Assembly: GCA_964022095.1 (NCBI GenBank)
Contig: CAXHZO010000003.1
Location: 96,001-160,000 of the forward strand
Source of the DNA: an uncultured Arcobacteraceae bacterium
Lineage (GTDB): Bacteria; Campylobacterota; Campylobacteria; Campylobacterales; Arcobacteraceae
Direction of reading: 5' to 3'
DNA length: 64,000 bases
The notes below the pieces were generated by a model. The model worked only from the letters and a program-made list of their open reading frames with translations, had not been told where the DNA came from and did no database searches. A program made the position numbers and the translations under genes. This document shows, piece after piece, positions 61,887-64,000 of the stretch. Positions within the stretch are counted from its first letter, which is position 1, and each line of letters opens with the position of its first letter.

Positions 61887-63998
61887 CTATTTAAAACAAA
61901 TTTTGTTTCTACCAGACTCCTTTGCTTCATAAAGAGCTTCATCTGCTCTTTTAATAATTGAGTTTATATCATCATCTTTTTTAAAAACAGTAGCTCCAAC
62001 ACTAATCGTTTTTTTACCAACTTCTTTAATAGTATCTTCTTCAACAGTTTTTCTGATTTTTTCTAGAATAGTTAACATATCTTCTTTTTTTGTTTCAGGA
62101 AGAATTACTAAAAACTCTTCTCCTCCCCATCTTCCAATGAAGTCAGTTTTTCTAATATTATTGCTTATTAAAGAGCTAATATGTTTTAGAACTTCATCAC
62201 CGACTAAATGCCCACAGCTATCATTTACTTTTTTAAAATAATCAATATCAATAATTGCACAAGCAAATATATGGTTATATCTTTTATTTCTTTGTATTTC
62301 ATTGTTTGTTATTTCATCGATTTTTTTTCTATTGTAAATACCAGTTAGCTTATCTATTGTTGCAAGTATTTGGAGTTCTTTATTTTGTTTTTCTATGATT
62401 TTTTTTGCTAAAGATATTTTTCTATTCCAATAGATAACAAAGATTAATAATATTATTGCCAGAATTGAAATTTTTATAACTAAACTATAATCAGCAGCTT
62501 GTTCATATTTTACTGATAACCATTTGTTTAAAATACTTTTATGAATTTCAGGGGGAATTTGATCTAAAACTTTTTGTAAAATATTTGATAAAATAAGTTC
62601 ATCTTTTACTACAGCAAGTCCTAGTGTTAATTTATCATCTAATTTCCCAGAGATTTTTAATTGACCATAATAGTTTTTTTGAATTTGATTTCCTACAGTA
62701 GCTAATGTTCCTACATAAATATCAATTTCTCCAGAATTCACTTTTTGTAAACCATCTTTTATACTATCAACTTCAATTAAATTAAAATATGGATATTTCT
62801 TTTTGAAAACCTCATAGTATGCATAGCTTTTGACAATACCTATTTTCTTATTGTATAAATCATTAATATCTTCAATAAATGGCATACTAAGTGTTGTAGT
62901 TAAAACTAAGGGTATAGTTAGATATGATTCCGAAAAATTTAGGTATTCATCTCTTTGATTTGTTCTCATAGCTAATAGTAAAACTTCACATTTTTTTGAT
63001 TTAGCATGTTCTAATGATTCATACCATGATTTAGTTCTTATTAAATTAAATGATTTATCAAGTCTTTTTTCTAAAATATTTAAATAGTCTTTAGTAATAC
63101 CACTGTGATTGTTTTCTTTATCTATATATTCAAATGGCTCCCAACTAGGATCCACACAGTAAGAAATACTCTTTTTGTTTTTTAAGTAATTTATCTCTTT
63201 ATGAGTAAATTTATATTTGTGATTAATATCTTTATAAATGTAATCATCTAGATTTATATTAGGTTTAGTTAATCCAAGAACTTTATACATATCATAAGTT
63301 TTCATTAGTTTGTCTGTACTAATTGAGCCAATAAGTCCATTTTTATCATAAATTAGTTTTTTTAATTCATTTGCTTCAAAAGTTAGAGCTTCTTTACTTT
63401 TATTTAAACTATTATATTTAAGTTTAATTAAATTTACAGTCTCCTCAATATTTGAAAAAGCATAATTAAAACCTTTTAATGTAGCTTCTCTAAATTTCTT
63501 TACTAGTTCTGGATTGTTTTTTTCAAAATTTTTACTAGTAGTTAGTAGATCATTATAAAAATTAAATCCAAAATCTTGAGAGCTAAAAGTCTTAGGTTCA
63601 AATCCTAATTCTTTTAAGGTATAAGGTTCATTAGATATGTATGAAACCATTAAATCTGTATTATTATTTGCTAGGTCTTCTATGTTAAATGAGTGTTTTA
63701 ATATTTTCATATCATCTATTTTTATTTTATTTGAAGATAATATTGATGCTATAGAAGAATCTTTTATATGATCCTCAATTATCATTATTCTTTTATTTTT
63801 AAAATCTTCTACAGAATTAATACCTGATTCTTTTTTTGCTAAAACTACTAATGGACTTGATTGATAAATTGCAGCTAAGTATAATATGTTTTTTTCTTCT
63901 GAAATATCAATTACGGATGAAGGTCTAACAATTGCAAATTGGGATTTATTTGAAATAAGATCATTAATAATATTTATTGTGTGATTCCATTCTTTTAT
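61887..63998 (-). CDS. Diguanylate cyclase with NMT1/THI5-like and amino-acid-SBP-like periplasmic domains (5' partial)
   Basis: DIDYFK, RKTD.IGRWGGEEF; frame stays open upstream of 63785 to the window edge (..AAIYQSSPLVVL..). Confidence 0.9.
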   Translation of the reverse strand: MKEWNHTINIINDLISNKSQFAIVRPSSVIDISEEKNILYLAAIYQSSPLVVLAKKESGINSVEDFKNKRIMIIEDHIKDSSIASILSSNKIKIDDMKILKHSFNIEDLANNNTDLMVSYISNEPYTLKELGFEPKTFSSQDFGFNFYNDLLTTSKNFEKNNPELVKKFREATLKGFNYAFSNIEETVNLIKLKYNSLNKSKEALTFEANELKKLIYDKNGLIGSISTDKLMKTYDMYKVLGLTKPNINLDDYIYKDINHKYKFTHKEINYLKNKKSISYCVDPSWEPFEYIDKENNHSGITKDYLNILEKRLDKSFNLIRTKSWYESLEHAKSKKCEVLLLAMRTNQRDEYLNFSESYLTIPLVLTTTLSMPFIEDINDLYNKKIGIVKSYAYYEVFKKKYPYFNLIEVDSIKDGLQKVNSGEIDIYVGTLATVGNQIQKNYYGQLKISGKLDDKLTLGLAVVKDELILSNILQKVLDQIPPEIHKSILNKWLSVKYEQAADYSLVIKISILAIILLIFVIYWNRKISLAKKIIEKQNKELQILATIDKLTGIYNRKKIDEITNNEIQRNKRYNHIFACAIIDIDYFKKVNDSCGHLVGDEVLKHISSLISNNIRKTDFIGRWGGEEFLVILPETKKEDMLTILEKIRKTVEEDTIKEVGKKTISVGATVFKKDDDINSIIKRADEALYEAKESGRNKICFK

Positions 63999-64000
63999 TT

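Noticed and set aside
1-64000. CRISPR array, rRNA, prophage or riboswitch
   Set aside because: No repeat-spacer array, rRNA-like sequence, phage genes or recognisable aptamer seen by eye; a covariance-model search was not possible

Overview
AT-rich bacterial chromosome segment. Gene content and protein families point to Campylobacterota, most likely Arcobacteraceae, and probably salt-adapted (inference). Left to right: (1) housekeeping and repair genes (family-4 UDG-like, aspS, YgiQ radical SAM, two divergent adk genes, alr, uvrC, SRAP, glutathione peroxidase); (2) a divergent osmoprotection locus, ectABC-regulator-ask-TPR versus proV-proW-porin-proX-MerR, ending at tRNA-Pro(TGG); (3) lactate permease, J-domain proteins, a GH3, flavocytochrome c sulfide dehydrogenase, a chemoreceptor and several two-component genes; (4) urtABCDE and ureD-A-C-E-F-G, separated by an accessory block. 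That block holds a 2863-bp IS256-family element with terminal inverted repeats and an 8-bp target duplication. It carries arsR and a metal permease and has split a proteasome-beta/Ntn-like gene lying behind ccdAB. Most notable observations: a SRAP protein with Pro in place of the catalytic Cys2, the cargo-carrying IS256 element, the reconstructable Ntn-like gene, an HsrA/CosR paralog inside the ect operon facing three 22-bp-phased palindromes, and a 17-bp palindrome shared by the urt and ure promoters. All family calls come from motif recognition; no searches were run.
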